DNA of 64,000 nucleotides, taken from NCBI GenBank assembly GCA_950097015.1, contig CATNEN010000001.1, forward strand, positions 27,404,001 through 27,468,000. Reading direction: 5' to 3'. The stretch comes from Macrostomum hystrix (taxonomy: Eukaryota > Animalia > Platyhelminthes). The position numbers and the translations under genes are program-made. Positions 11,724 through 22,698 of the stretch are shown here, in pieces. Within the stretch, counting starts at the first letter, position 1. The number at the start of each line of letters is the position of its first letter. Below the pieces are notes generated by a model. The model was not told where the DNA came from, searched no databases, and worked only from the letters and a program-made list of their open reading frames with translations.

Positions 11724-14700
11724 ATGACAAGAGATTTAGTAAGGTGTTATTACAATAATTAAAAAGGGATGACAATAATGTCGGTTAATGAATGTGTAGG
11801 TTGAATGTAGAACACTGTTGTAACACACTGTCAACTTTGTCAATCTATTGGCTCAAGGGTTCAACAAAAAACGTTCAAACCCGAAAGGGCCTCGTTTTAA
11901 AGAACAGAACTGTGTGGATAAAATTGAAATTAACGGCACAGCATATTTATATAAAGAGTTTTAGACCTATTCATACAAGCTGCCGTGTGGATAAGCAGAA
12001 AATTATCGGTACAGATCCGAGTGGATAAAATTGAAATTATCGGCACGGGACCATGGGAATAAGCTCTGCCTTTAAAGAAATAAGCTAAATAGATTGTTTA
12101 TTGACCTAAATAAAAAACTTTCAATTGCCACAGAAATTAAAGATAAAGATAGCACATAGGCAGGGCAAAGTGTCTCAGGCCCTCTCTCTTTCACCTCGTA
12201 TCTGCAGAAACTGCAATATTGTAACTTTAGGCAATTTCTATTATCTATTTTATCCTTGCATTTTTGAATTGACTAATTTTACAATACCTAATTTTATTTA
12301 GGGCATTATTTAATTGGCTAATTCCATGAGATGACGGTCATTGTGTTGGTGTATATAATCATTATTTGTACCAACCAAAGAGTAGTACCAAAGACAAAAT
12401 AACTCGAGACTTTGTATGTATTGATGGGCATTACCTCTAGATTAAGAAAACAAACATTTTAAAGTAGTTTTTGGTGGTTTTTGGTGAAAGTTGACATATT
12501 CAAATTTTCAATGTAAGTTCAAGATTCCTACAAATCCGGCAAATTTTTGTCTCAATCAATCATTTGTTGTAGTAAATAATAGCTAGATAAACAGTTATAA
12601 ACAAATTTCACATGTTAGTAGCCAGTTTTAAGCGTGTTGCTGATGATGTTGCTCCAGTTGCTGCATAATCAGTGGCTGTTGTTGCTATTGTGGCTGCTGC
12701 ATCCTCATCTGCTGAAGTTGCTGCTGCTATTGCTGCTTCATTCTTGGATTCACTGCTTGTGGAATTGACATAAGTGGCTGCAGCTGTGACTTCAACACTG
12801 TCAATGGAGCTGACAGTAGAGTCTTAGTAGGTGCTAGTGGCTGTGGCTTCGGTTCCACTGATGGCTTCTCAGCAGTTTAGGATGACGCTTGTTTGGGCTG
12901 AATTGGCCAATTTCTCTATGCCTAAGTCTCCATACCTTGGGAAGGTCAGTGGCCCCTTGGTCTTCTAGTAAGCTGCACTGGATTTGGGATGAGAACATAG
13001 GACCTAACCCCCGGCTGCTTACATGCTGTAGTGGCTGTTGGGGCCTGTGCCTTCATCTGCTTTGCTTGCTCTTCTAGGATAGAGATCCATAAAGCAGGAC
13101 GCTTCCATGTGTTTGCCAGTTTGCCAGGCTCTGCTGCTCTGGCAAACTAGGCATAACTACTATTGACTGTAGTTTGGCCTACTAGCTGTTCCTACAAGCT
13201 TTGGTGCAGTATGCTGCTGAAGTGGTTGCCAACTTGTCTTCTCACAATTCAACTCACAATTCTCCTTTTCTTTCTCTAAGTTCTTTAGCTCTGTCTGTCT
13301 GACTTTCTACTGGCAATAAATCTACTGACGATTCTCTCTAACAATCTATCTAACTCAACTATGTCTAATGCTTGTATGTCTTCTACCTCATCTTTTTGGC
13401 TCACTGCAACACACTTAAACTATTATTGATCCCAAGCCTAGTCTTCAGAATGGATACTGCTCTGTTTGTTTTGTTGCCCATGGTCCTCCTATATATAGGT
13501 CTTGGCACCCCTCCCCTAATTGGCTGGCTTAGATTTCTATTTGACATATGCTTCCTTTCTTTATAGTTGAATTTTTTGGCTTTTATTCCTCCTGACCCTT
13601 GTCTTTCCTTCCTCTCATTGACTTTATTTTAGCCAATTACATAATTGCTCATATCCTTCCTAAAATTCTATTGTTCCCAACCATGTGAAAGCTGGGGTTA
13701 GCCTTTTAAAGTTTCCTTCAAACCTGGCTGGGGGTCTGACATGTTTAAGCATGTTATATTGGTGGGTGACTGGTTGTACATTATCCTCATGTATTGTGGC
13801 ATGCACTCCACCCTAGTTTGGCTAACAGAGGATAAATGGCAGTGGACAGGCTTGACCAAAACATTTCTATATTTGTTTTGACAAGTTCCAAGATTGGTGC
13901 TAAGACTTGCAACTTTGTAACTTGGTGCGACACATCCAGTTGCACCAAGAGTTCTACTTTTATAAGTATAGACTTCGCAATCCTCAGTATGCTCCTGTCA
14001 AAATAAAACTCTTATACTAGACCTTAAGACATTTAATATATATTTTGCCTGAGAGCAGGCTGGACGCATCAACAACCCACTGGTAAGAGGAGGGCTCATC
14101 AGCCACCTCACTGAGACAGTTTCCATTAAGGTTAAGGTTAAGGTTATCCATATCCATCCAGCATTTTATTTTTCCAGAAGAGATAGTACTACTTTTTGTT
14201 GCTAACAGGGGCAACATGTAGTCAGCAAGCATGCTTGACCAAAAATGGCTTAAGTAGGCAACATGTCCTTCACAAAGTTATCTTTTTGGAAGGAAGGATG
14301 ATAGCCTACAGAGCTCATGGATTAAAGGGTCCAGAGCCTCCTCCATGCCCTCCAACTTCTTTTGATTAATATATGGGCACCAAAGATTTTGAAGATTATA
14401 TAATAAATATTAGACCACCATCCGACACCTCACTATAGAACAAGGAGACAAGAATGTCATGTGGTAGGTGAAGAATGCCTTAAATGAATACCCTAACAAT
14501 CTTATCAGCCTTACAAAGATTATACAAGTGAATGCAGCCATTCACTTGTTTGGCTGCATACAAAATCAAAAAAATTACAAACATACAAAGAATTGTTGAT
14601 TCTTGTATGTCTTCAACAGGTTGATGATTCAACCCCATCAGTCAGGTTGATAGAAGCAAGAACATTGGCAGCATCCATTTTGTGGCTCTAGTATCATCAG

Positions 14701-15359
14701 GTGCTTCAATTTCAGAAGCAGTTTCTTCCTAAGTTGGGCAGTCTCTCCTGGACTGTAGCAGCTGCTGCACCAGCAGGTTCTCTTGTGAGGCAAATTCTGG
14801 GTGCTGTAAAGAAGTTCCCTTAGCACTGTATAGTGGTTTTTAATGGCAGTAATGGCAGTAATGGATGGTAGAACTTGCCTTTTCTTGATTGATGGTCCAT
14901 CATTGGATGTGGTAGGTCCAATGGCACTAGAAGGGTGCTATAGATGCTATAGATGTCTTGTATATAGATGCTAAAGATGCTATAGACAAGTGATAGCAGT
15001 GAGTGACTACATTAGAACAACTTCCCTTTGTCTTCACTCTTCAAGAAGTTACTTAGTTACTAGTGAACTTACTATACTATACTACACTACCAAGCTGTCT
15101 CTAACTACATAGCCAATGTTAGTAGAAAAATTAGTAGAAAAAGAGGTAATACAACTAACAACTTCATTTGCAAAAAAATTACATCTTTATATCTACAATC
15201 TACATCTACAAGTTCAACAACAACATAAACTGGTAAATTCATTCCTTGAATAGAAACATATTTATCAAGTTCTATCCACACAATAAGTAAAAGCACGATT
15301 CTAATAATTGCTTGCATAATAAGCAGCAGAGCAACCAGAACTTAATATCATTGAATTAG

Positions 15360-16930
15360 AATAGAATATATATATAGAGGCGCAGAAAGTTAGATAGCTT
15401 TTGCGCGCACGCGCTAGCAGAACAGTTGGGAGGGGCAGGCCATGGCGGACTGGGGATCAAGTCCGATGGCCTGCAAGTCAGCCAACAGTGTGGCATTCAG
15501 CGTCACGGTTCTTCCTTGGCCGCTGCGCAGCCGCTCGGTCGGCTGGTGCAGGAGGACCAGCGCAAGCGGGTTTCGCTCGCCGCGACCGTGACTCCTCAGA
15601 CAGTGGCCCAGCAGCATCTGGCGGCGCCGGCGCAGGGTGACGCTCAGTGCCGGGACGCCGGCACGAACCATCAGATCTCTGGACGGCAGCCTCTCCGGGT
15701 AGTGCACGCCCAGGGCGTGGCGCAGCAGGTAACTGTACAGCGCGTCCAGGGCCTTCTCTCGCGTTGCGGTCATCGGCACTGCTTCCGTGCCGTACAGGAG
15801 GATAGACTCAACGGCAGCGCGGAAGAGGCGCATCTTCAGGCTGTCTCTTGCAGCAGAGTTGAAGACGTTCCTGAGAAGGTGCGCCGCGTGCCAGGCCTGA
15901 TTCCTCCTGTCGGAGACGATGGAGTCGGGACTCATCACCAGGGAGCCGAGGTACCGAAAGTCCTCGCACACCGCGATGGCGTCTCCGTTGGGCAGATTTA
16001 GTGCCGGGGCGGTGTCAGTGCCCACGTGCAGCACTTCTGTCTTCAGTGCGTTGATCATCAGTCCAACCCGAGCGCCCTCCTCGCAAAGTTTTAAGAGAGC
16101 GCATTGGGCAGCAGCTGGATCGCGACAGAGGAGTGCGATGTCGTCGGCATACGCAAGAGCCGGTAGCGGGACTGCAGGGTGTCGGGAGCTTCGACGTGGG
16201 ACTAGCATATAGCCGTCGTCATCTAGGAGAGACCGGCGCAGCACGTAGTCCACGACCATGATGAAAAGCAGAGGAGCCAGCGTGTCGCCCTGAAGGACGC
16301 CAGAGCTTGTGCTGAACTCATCATTGGGGCCGTCGCTCGACTGAACAAATGCCCTGGAATCGCTGTACAGATCCATCACCGCAGCCACCAGTGCAGGGGG
16401 GACGCCGTAGTAGGACAGCAGCAATGCAATCGCTGGCCTGGCCACCGAGTCGAAAGCCTTCCGGAAATCCACGAAGACAATCGACACGGAGGGCAGACGG
16501 GTCTTGCAGGCCTCAATGATTGAGCGGATGGTTGCAACCTGCTCAGTGGTGGACCTGCGTGGCCGAAAACCGCTCTGGAGACTCAGCAGCAGTGGGTTGA
16601 GACCTGGCAGGAGGCGGTTGCGCAGTACTGCATTCAGCAGCTTTGCCGTGGTGCATTCCAGCGCAATGCCACTCTGGTTGTCCAGGCTTGTAGAAGCCCC
16701 CTTCTTCGGGATGGAAACGATCTTGGAGGTGCGCCATTGAGGGGGCACGCAGGCGGCCGCGTCGCCTCCAAGACTGCAGTGCATGTTCAGCACCTCGGTG
16801 ATGGCGGGGGTCAGCTCTGGTAGCTTCAGGGCCCTGGGAGGAATCGAATCCACCCCAGCAGCGGCGTCGGCACGCATGGTCCTCAGAGCCCGGCCAACCT
16901 CGCTCGTTGTGATAGGGCCAACGTTGAAGA
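15360..16930 (-). mobile_element. 5'-truncated non-LTR retrotransposon (RTE/RTE-X-like)
   Basis: Contains the RT ORF 15414-16877. No endonuclease domain present. 3' end runs into a (TA)n/(TATTC)n tail. Confidence 0.85.
15414..16877 (-). CDS. Reverse transcriptase of the RTE-like LINE (partial ORF)
   Basis: QSGFRP, FVDFRKAFDSV, GVLQGDTLAPLLF, LAYADD and FRYLGS motifs. Confidence 0.9.
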   Translation of the reverse strand: MRADAAAGVDSIPPRALKLPELTPAITEVLNMHCSLGGDAAACVPPQWRTSKIVSIPKKGASTSLDNQSGIALECTTAKLLNAVLRNRLLPGLNPLLLSLQSGFRPRRSTTEQVATIRSIIEACKTRLPSVSIVFVDFRKAFDSVARPAIALLLSYYGVPPALVAAVMDLYSDSRAFVQSSDGPNDEFSTSSGVLQGDTLAPLLFIMVVDYVLRRSLLDDDGYMLVPRRSSRHPAVPLPALAYADDIALLCRDPAAAQCALLKLCEEGARVGLMINALKTEVLHVGTDTAPALNLPNGDAIAVCEDFRYLGSLVMSPDSIVSDRRNQAWHAAHLLRNVFNSAARDSLKMRLFRAAVESILLYGTEAVPMTATREKALDALYSYLLRHALGVHYPERLPSRDLMVRAGVPALSVTLRRRRQMLLGHCLRSHGRGERNPLALVLLHQPTERLRSGQGRTVTLNATLLADLQAIGLDPQSAMACPSQLFC

Positions 16931-17253
16931 CGCTAGGTTCTGCTATGTTTTACAAAACATGTTTATACTTTGTTACTTTGTTAACCTTAGTATTTAAAGA
17001 TCAACACAAATTATTAGTGAAAATATAAATTTACAGGGCCACAAGGCAATATAAGCCAACATTTCACCTGCTGTCACAAATTTATTTATCTATCATTGTC
17101 ATATTTTTTCTTGAAACCATTAACTCATTGTAGCACGGCACGAATTGTTATATGGGAATAATTTTGCAGATTGCAAATTTAAATCTATAAATAGTATTTC
17201 TGATAAAATACCTAATCCCCCACAGCGCTAGTCGCCACAGAATCCTAGTTGGC

Positions 17254-19285
17254 ATGGCAACAACCAAACTGATTAGGTCAGCTCGACCTGACACTCACCG
17301 CAAGGGAGCCGTCTCCGCTGTCCCAGACAAGCCATCCGATCTGGAGCTGCAGGTGTCCCAGACCCTGATGGATCTGCAGCAGAACTCTGACCTGAAGAAC
17401 ATGCTGCGTGAGCTGCACATCACAGGTGAGTCCGAGCAAAGTACTTCTGCTGCTTTTAAAAGCGCCATTTTTCTATTGGACAATTCTGTCCCATAAAGGC
17501 CAACATCATCCGCATAGGAATTTGTGTGTTCTGATAAATCAAATATTTGCTCTTATTGTTTTTATAAAGCTACTTAAAGTAGGCATGCCAGTAAATTTAT
17601 TGAATAGCTCCATAATAATAATAGTGCTAATAATTAATTACACCTGCCACAATCGGACCAGATGTGCAGCCGACGGCACAGCCTTAGCTATTGCGCGGTG
17701 AATGTGATGGCTGCGTACAGTCCATGGACTGGGGGACGCCACACCCACCCTCAATTACCCGCAGCTAATGCTGGTACCCCTATAACAACTGGGTGAACTG
17801 ATGCAATGCAGAGAATTGTTTCTTGCTTAAGGGCACATTGTTCTAGTAAAGTCAAGAATCGAACCCCCGACATTTGAGCCGTGAGTCCGACTCTCTATCC
17901 CAGGGTTCTGCAAACTTATTAACGCGGGCCAAGGAGAGAACCTGAAAGACGACAGTGCGCGTTTACTGATATGAGAAAGCGGAGATGAGACACGGGATAG
18001 ACGAGACAGAGGAGGGACGAAACATAGATGAGATGCGACAGGGAGAGTCCATCCCCAGATGAGAGAGATGAAACAGGAATACTGTAGGTGTTGGAAGGGG
18101 CAACAGGCCGGATGTGGGAGCTTCAAGGGCCGCTTCTGGCCCGCGGGCCGGAGTTTGCCGACGCCTGCTCTATCCGCTAGGCTTCAACGCTTTTAAACCT
18201 ACAAAGCCATCAATGCACAATGATCTTCCAGGTGCCAAGGAGGTGGAGGTGTCTGGCGGCAAGAAGTGCATCATCCTCCTGGTGCCAGTGCCGCAGCTGC
18301 GCGCCTACCAGAAGATCCACGTCCGGCTGGTGCGCGAGCTGGAGAAGAAGTACTCCGGCAAGCACGTGGTCATCATCGCCGAGCGCCGCATCCTGCCCAA
18401 GGAGTCGCCCAAGTCGCGCACTCGCCAGAAGCAGAAGCGGCCGAGGTCGCGCACTCTGACGGCCGTGCACGACGCTATGCTGAACGACCTGGTCTACCCG
18501 GCTGAGATTGTCGGCAAGCGGACCCGAGTGCGAGTGGACGGCTCCCAGCTCATGAAGGTGAGCTCTCCACCCACTTCTACGAGTAGTAATAATATAATAA
18601 AAGTGCAGGAGGGCTGCGGGCAATGGCACATCATATGGTGACACTAGACCCTCAGCCAGCGAGGAGGCAATTCTGCCCATTTCGCTGACTGGTCACTCAG
18701 TCGTGTGCATCTGCCATGACTTTCTCATCGTCAGGCAGTGTACACTCTCACTGTGCCTTGGAGGTTGGTCCTCAAGGGCGTGAATTGCACTACAAGCCCC
18801 CAAAGCCTTCTCGCCGCGGCTGCGCCTCAAATAAATGTGGCCTCGCCGCATAATCGAACTTAGGGACCTCGGTGTAAGAGGCAAATACGTGAGCCGCTCT
18901 GCCACCGACCTCTCCTGCCAGCTCTAACTTTGCATGTTAGCCGTGGGAGTACACCTGTGCCCTCCTGTCTAGCGCACACGTGTTACATCCGCCCTCAGTT
19001 TGTCATTCGCATGAATTCCCTAAGTCCGGGGAGAGTATGATATTTAGGGCTTCGAAGTGTACAGTCTTCGGGTAATAGGCAGGAGTAACTATAGCCTAGT
19101 TTGAGGTTTCGTCATATTATAAGCAAACTGCTGCTTCAATGGGATTGCCATCTCCCTCCTCGCAGGTGCACCTGGACCGGGCCAACCAGACCGCCATCGA
19201 CCACAAGCTGGACACATTCGTGTCCGTGTATCGCAGCCTCACCGGCAAGCAGGTGCTGTTCGAGTTTCCTGAATTCACCCTGTGA
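17254..19285 (+). CDS. RPS7: 40S ribosomal protein S7 (eS7), 205 aa, 3 coding exons
   Basis: Exons 17254-17425, 18232-18557 and 19166-19285 join in frame. [67 protein letters not shown] near 19395. Confidence 0.97.
17612..18185 (-). mobile_element. CORE-type tRNA SINE in RPS7 intron 1, interrupted by a hAT MITE
   Basis: Minus strand has A-box-like GCCTAGCGG, B-box GTTCGATTC, CORE-like GTGCCCTTAAGCAAG..CAGTTCACCCAG..GGGTACCAG and a (TAT)n tail. Confidence 0.65.
17901..18167. mobile_element. hAT-superfamily MITE
   Basis: Ends CAGGGTTCTGCAAACT / AGTTTGCCGACGCCTG, GGCCCGCGGGCC subterminal motif, perfect 8-bp TSD CTCTATCC. Confidence 0.85.
18586..18910 (-). mobile_element. SINE family A, copy 3 (RPS7 intron 2)
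   Basis: A-box TGGCAGAGCGG, B-box GTTCGATT, family core and TAT tail on the minus strand. Confidence 0.85.
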
Positions 19286-19766
19286 GAGCCAGGCAGAGTT
19301 GAGATGACTGTTGTGCTGAGCATCTAGAGTCTAGCTTAATGACCGCTAGCACTGTGACTGGATTCTAACCAACACAATTAACTGTGGAAATATAAATAAA
19401 TTGAACTAGACACGCTTGTCAATGTTGCAATCGTACTGGTGACATTTCTGGATTGAAAAAATTTCTAGTGATGTTAGTTACTTGATTGTTTTATTTGCAC
19501 TAACAAAGCCAGCTCCATTTGAAATAAAAATCTTTAAAAATTTTATTTTTGAAAATTCCCCGAAAATGCACCTGAGAATAAACTCAAGGCCGGAGCATCA
19601 AAGTTAATTGGTCCGATCTTGTTGTCCCACTGGCACCTAGATGCTGTGCCGGCACAGAGTCCACCTGTTATTATTTGCCATTCGCTGTTGGGTACAAAAC
19701 CAGCAATTCGCTTTGATATTATCCAAATTACACACCAAGCCACTGTTTCTGGGGATTAAAAAACAT

Positions 19767-20186
19767 CCCGCTAAAAAATAGGGATGTTTCTTTGGGTGAT
19801 TCCAGTTGGAATCTGCGCTGTTTCCAGAAAAAGAAACAGCCGAACGCTGGAAACATACCAATCGGATGATTCCATGCTTAGAATCTACCCAACTGGGCGT
19901 TTTCTCGGTGCTTCTTGGTGGCGAAATAGAATCACCCAAAGAATCCTCCAGTTCGGAAGATTCCATGCTCAGAAACCGCCGAGGAATCGCCCGTAAATAA
20001 TTCTCTGGTTGTCCCATGGGCCACTGGTTCGGGTGATTCTTCGGCGGTTTCCGCACAATTTACGGTTACATCGGCTGCTTCCTGGGTGGTTTCTTTAACT
20101 CTTGCGAGATAGGGGGGATTTTGGTAGATTCCACTCCTATTTTGCACAAAAAACCCGCCGAAGAAGCAGCCGAATTTTTTACAGGG
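19767..20186. mobile_element. CMC/EnSpm-like MITE
   Basis: Imperfect ~28-bp TIR (CCCGCTAAAAAAT.. / ..ATTTTTTACAGGG) with AT on both flanks. Confidence 0.45.
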
Positions 20187-20601
20187 ATGGAATAAAGAGT
20201 GGAAAATGTTACTGACGCCATGCGTCTAGCCGGTATGCAATCGGCAATGGTAATAAAGGACATCGAAGATGTTTTTATTTGCTTAATCGTCAGCTTAGAT
20301 GCAGCCCACCAAATCATTTGTCTCAAATATTTCTGTTCTACCATCTTGTTGTTACTTTAGCCTGTTCGAGTGGTGTTACAAATCAGATGTGAGTTATCAG
20401 GTTGGAAAATCTCCTTAAAGTTGTATTTTGGGATTTAAAAAAGTAGCGATGTTGCTAAATATTTTGGACTTTTGCTAACCCAACCAGGACAAAACTTTAA
20501 AAGTATTTTCAGTTCATAGCTTTTTGATTTGACTGAAAGCTATATCGATATTCATCGATATTAATCAGGTCCAAAACTTGAGTCGGTGGAGTCAAAGTCA
20601 C

Positions 20602-20939
20602 CTGTCTAACTTCCTGTCTAACACCCGACTTCCTGTCTAACAACCCGACCTCCTGTCTAACACCCGACTTCCTGTCTAACAACCTGACTTCCTGTCTAAC
20701 ACCCGACTTCCTGTCTAACACCCGACTTCCTGTCTAACACCCGACTTCCTGTCTAACACCCGACTTCCTGTCTAACACCCGACTTCCTGTCTAACAACCC
20801 GACTTCCTGTCTAACACCCGACTTCCTGTCTAACACCCGACTTCCTGTCTAACACCCGACTTCCTGTCTAACAACCCGACTTCCTGTCTAACACCCGACT
20901 TCCTGTCTAACACCCGACTTCCTGTCTAACTTCCTGTCT
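20602..20939. repeat. 19/20-bp minisatellite (ACACCCGACTTCCTGTCTA)n
   Basis: Tandem array. Confidence 0.95.
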
Positions 20940-20983
20940 TGACTCAAAGTCAAGCTGAAACCCAAGCCTGTCACCGCGGGGGG

Positions 20984-21369
20984 GGGTTGGCGGCAGAGCG
21001 GTTAACGCGAGTGAAGTTTGCGTCTCACCCCAAAGTCCTAAGTTCGATTCCACGGCGGGGCCACATTTATTTGAGGCGCAACCCGGGAGAGAAGGCTTGA
21101 GGGCTTGTCATGCAATTTGCGCCCTTGGAGGGCCAACCTCCAAGGCACAGTGAAATGTACACTGCGTGACGATGAGAAAGTCAGGGCAGATGTACACACC
21201 TGTGTGAGCGTGTGCCTGCGTACAGTAACTGAGTGCGTGTGTGCTCAGGAGTCTGCGCGAAATGGGCAGAATTGCCTCCTCGCTGGCTGCGGGTCTACTA
21301 ACAACTGTTACCGAATAATGTGCCATTGCCCTCCTGCAATTATTATTATTTTTATTATTATTTTTATTA
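20984..21369 (+). mobile_element. SINE family A, copy 4
   Basis: A-box GGCAGAGCGG, B-box GTTCGATTCC, family core, (ATT)n tail. Confidence 0.85.
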
Positions 21370-21645
21370 AGCTGTCACCTTGCCTTTTTGCGAGCAGCTG
21401 CATTAGGTCGCGCATTATCCTAAAGTCGTACTCTCTAGCGGTGTGTGGCCACATTTCAAATTGTGTTTTTACCATCTCAAGGTAGCGAATTGTTTCGTCG
21501 GTCACATTTGGTGTGCTTTGTGGGAAGTTTCGGGAAATGTTTCGTTACAATAGCAGTTTCGGGATTAAAGAACTTAAGTACGAATATATAAATAAGTTAG
21601 TAGATAAGGCTTCATCTTTAAGTGAGTTTAGTTTCAAAGGACCCA

Positions 21646-21965
21646 AATAATAATGATAATTGCAGGAGGGCTGCGGGCAATGGCACATCATTTGGTGACA
21701 CTAGACCTGCAGCCAGCGACTCTGGGGCTCAGCGACTCATTTCGTTGATCCTGAGCACACACTCACATGTGTGTACATCTGCCCTGACTTTCTCATCGTC
21801 AGGCAGTGTACACTCTTACTGTACCTTGGAGGTTGGCCCTCAAGGGCGTAAATTGCACGACAAGCCCCCAAGCCTTCTCTCTGCGACTGCGCCCAAAATA
21901 AATGTGGCCTCGCCGTGGAATCGAACTTATGGTATTTGGTGCTAGAGGCAAATGCGTTAACCTCT
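21646..21965 (-). mobile_element. SINE family A, copy 5
   Basis: Reverse-complement match to copy 4. Confidence 0.85.
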
Positions 21966-22698
21966 CAGACTCAGACTCAGAAACCTGGCCAATATTTTCA
22001 TTGAAACTGGAACATGTGCGAATCATTTCGAAGGACAACGGACAGTATATTAGTATAGTTTTATTGATTTATTATGATCATCGATTTCATATTTTATTTT
22101 CTCTACATGCCATTCCTTGTGCATAGAATAGCAATATGCTCCTGAAACAACAAAAGCACTCGAGACCTATAGCTCTTTGTTTTCTCCGCTCTCTGATTTG
22201 TTTATCAACTTTATTAATTGCTTCGTATCGTGCTTAGACCCAGGTAATGTAAAATTGTAACATTGAAACGATATACAATAAAACATTGTCACCATTTAAT
22301 GTGGAAAAAGTAGAAATTTCCAACTCCGTAGTTGATTTTTTCGAAGAAAACCTGAAAAAATCAGTTTACATTTTTTTTCCAAAATAGAACACAATATACT
22401 AAAGAATTTCATGGAATAAGGAACACAAGAAACATCTAAGGTGAAACGAAATGCAGCCAGTTGTCTTCTCGAAAATTCCTCGAAGGATTCGTCAGCTGTG
22501 AAGGTGTTCCCATTGTGTTTTACGATTGCCGCCCGCTGGCTGTTGCTATGGAATGGATAAGATAAGATGAGCCAGGGCTCTTGTAATTGGGCATCCGCTT
22601 GCACCGGGTTTGAGTATAAGAACAGCGCTGCAATCTCTTCTGTTTGTGTGCCGGTGATTTTCTTTAACCTCCAGGTGCATCGGTCATTGACCAGTAAT

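Larger units (their letters stand above)
6138..12070. mobile_element. TIR DNA element (MULE/Merlin-like) with 9-bp TSD, carrying a 5.4-kb insert
   Basis: ~110-bp inverted repeats at 6138-6247 and 11962-12070. Flanks TTTAAAGCA / TTTAAAGAA match 8/9. Termini resemble the MITE at 42023-42320. Confidence 0.8.

Noticed and set aside
14030-14130. Minus-strand CTGATGAG with nearby GAAAC/GCAAAA as a Penelope-type hammerhead
   Set aside because: I could not build stems I and III in any hammerhead topology.
20988-21065. tRNA-like heads (also near 18900, 23070 and 23200) as tRNA genes
   Set aside because: No complete cloverleaf or poly-T terminator; each continues into a SINE body.
21262-21360. GCCTCCTCGCTGGC in the SINE, matching the P3-L3-P3 segment of the genomic HDV ribozyme
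   Set aside because: The partner for the next 7 nt (P1) lies downstream instead of upstream, the P1.1 GG is missing, and simple hairpins explain the sequence. A descriptor search or cleavage assay would settle it.
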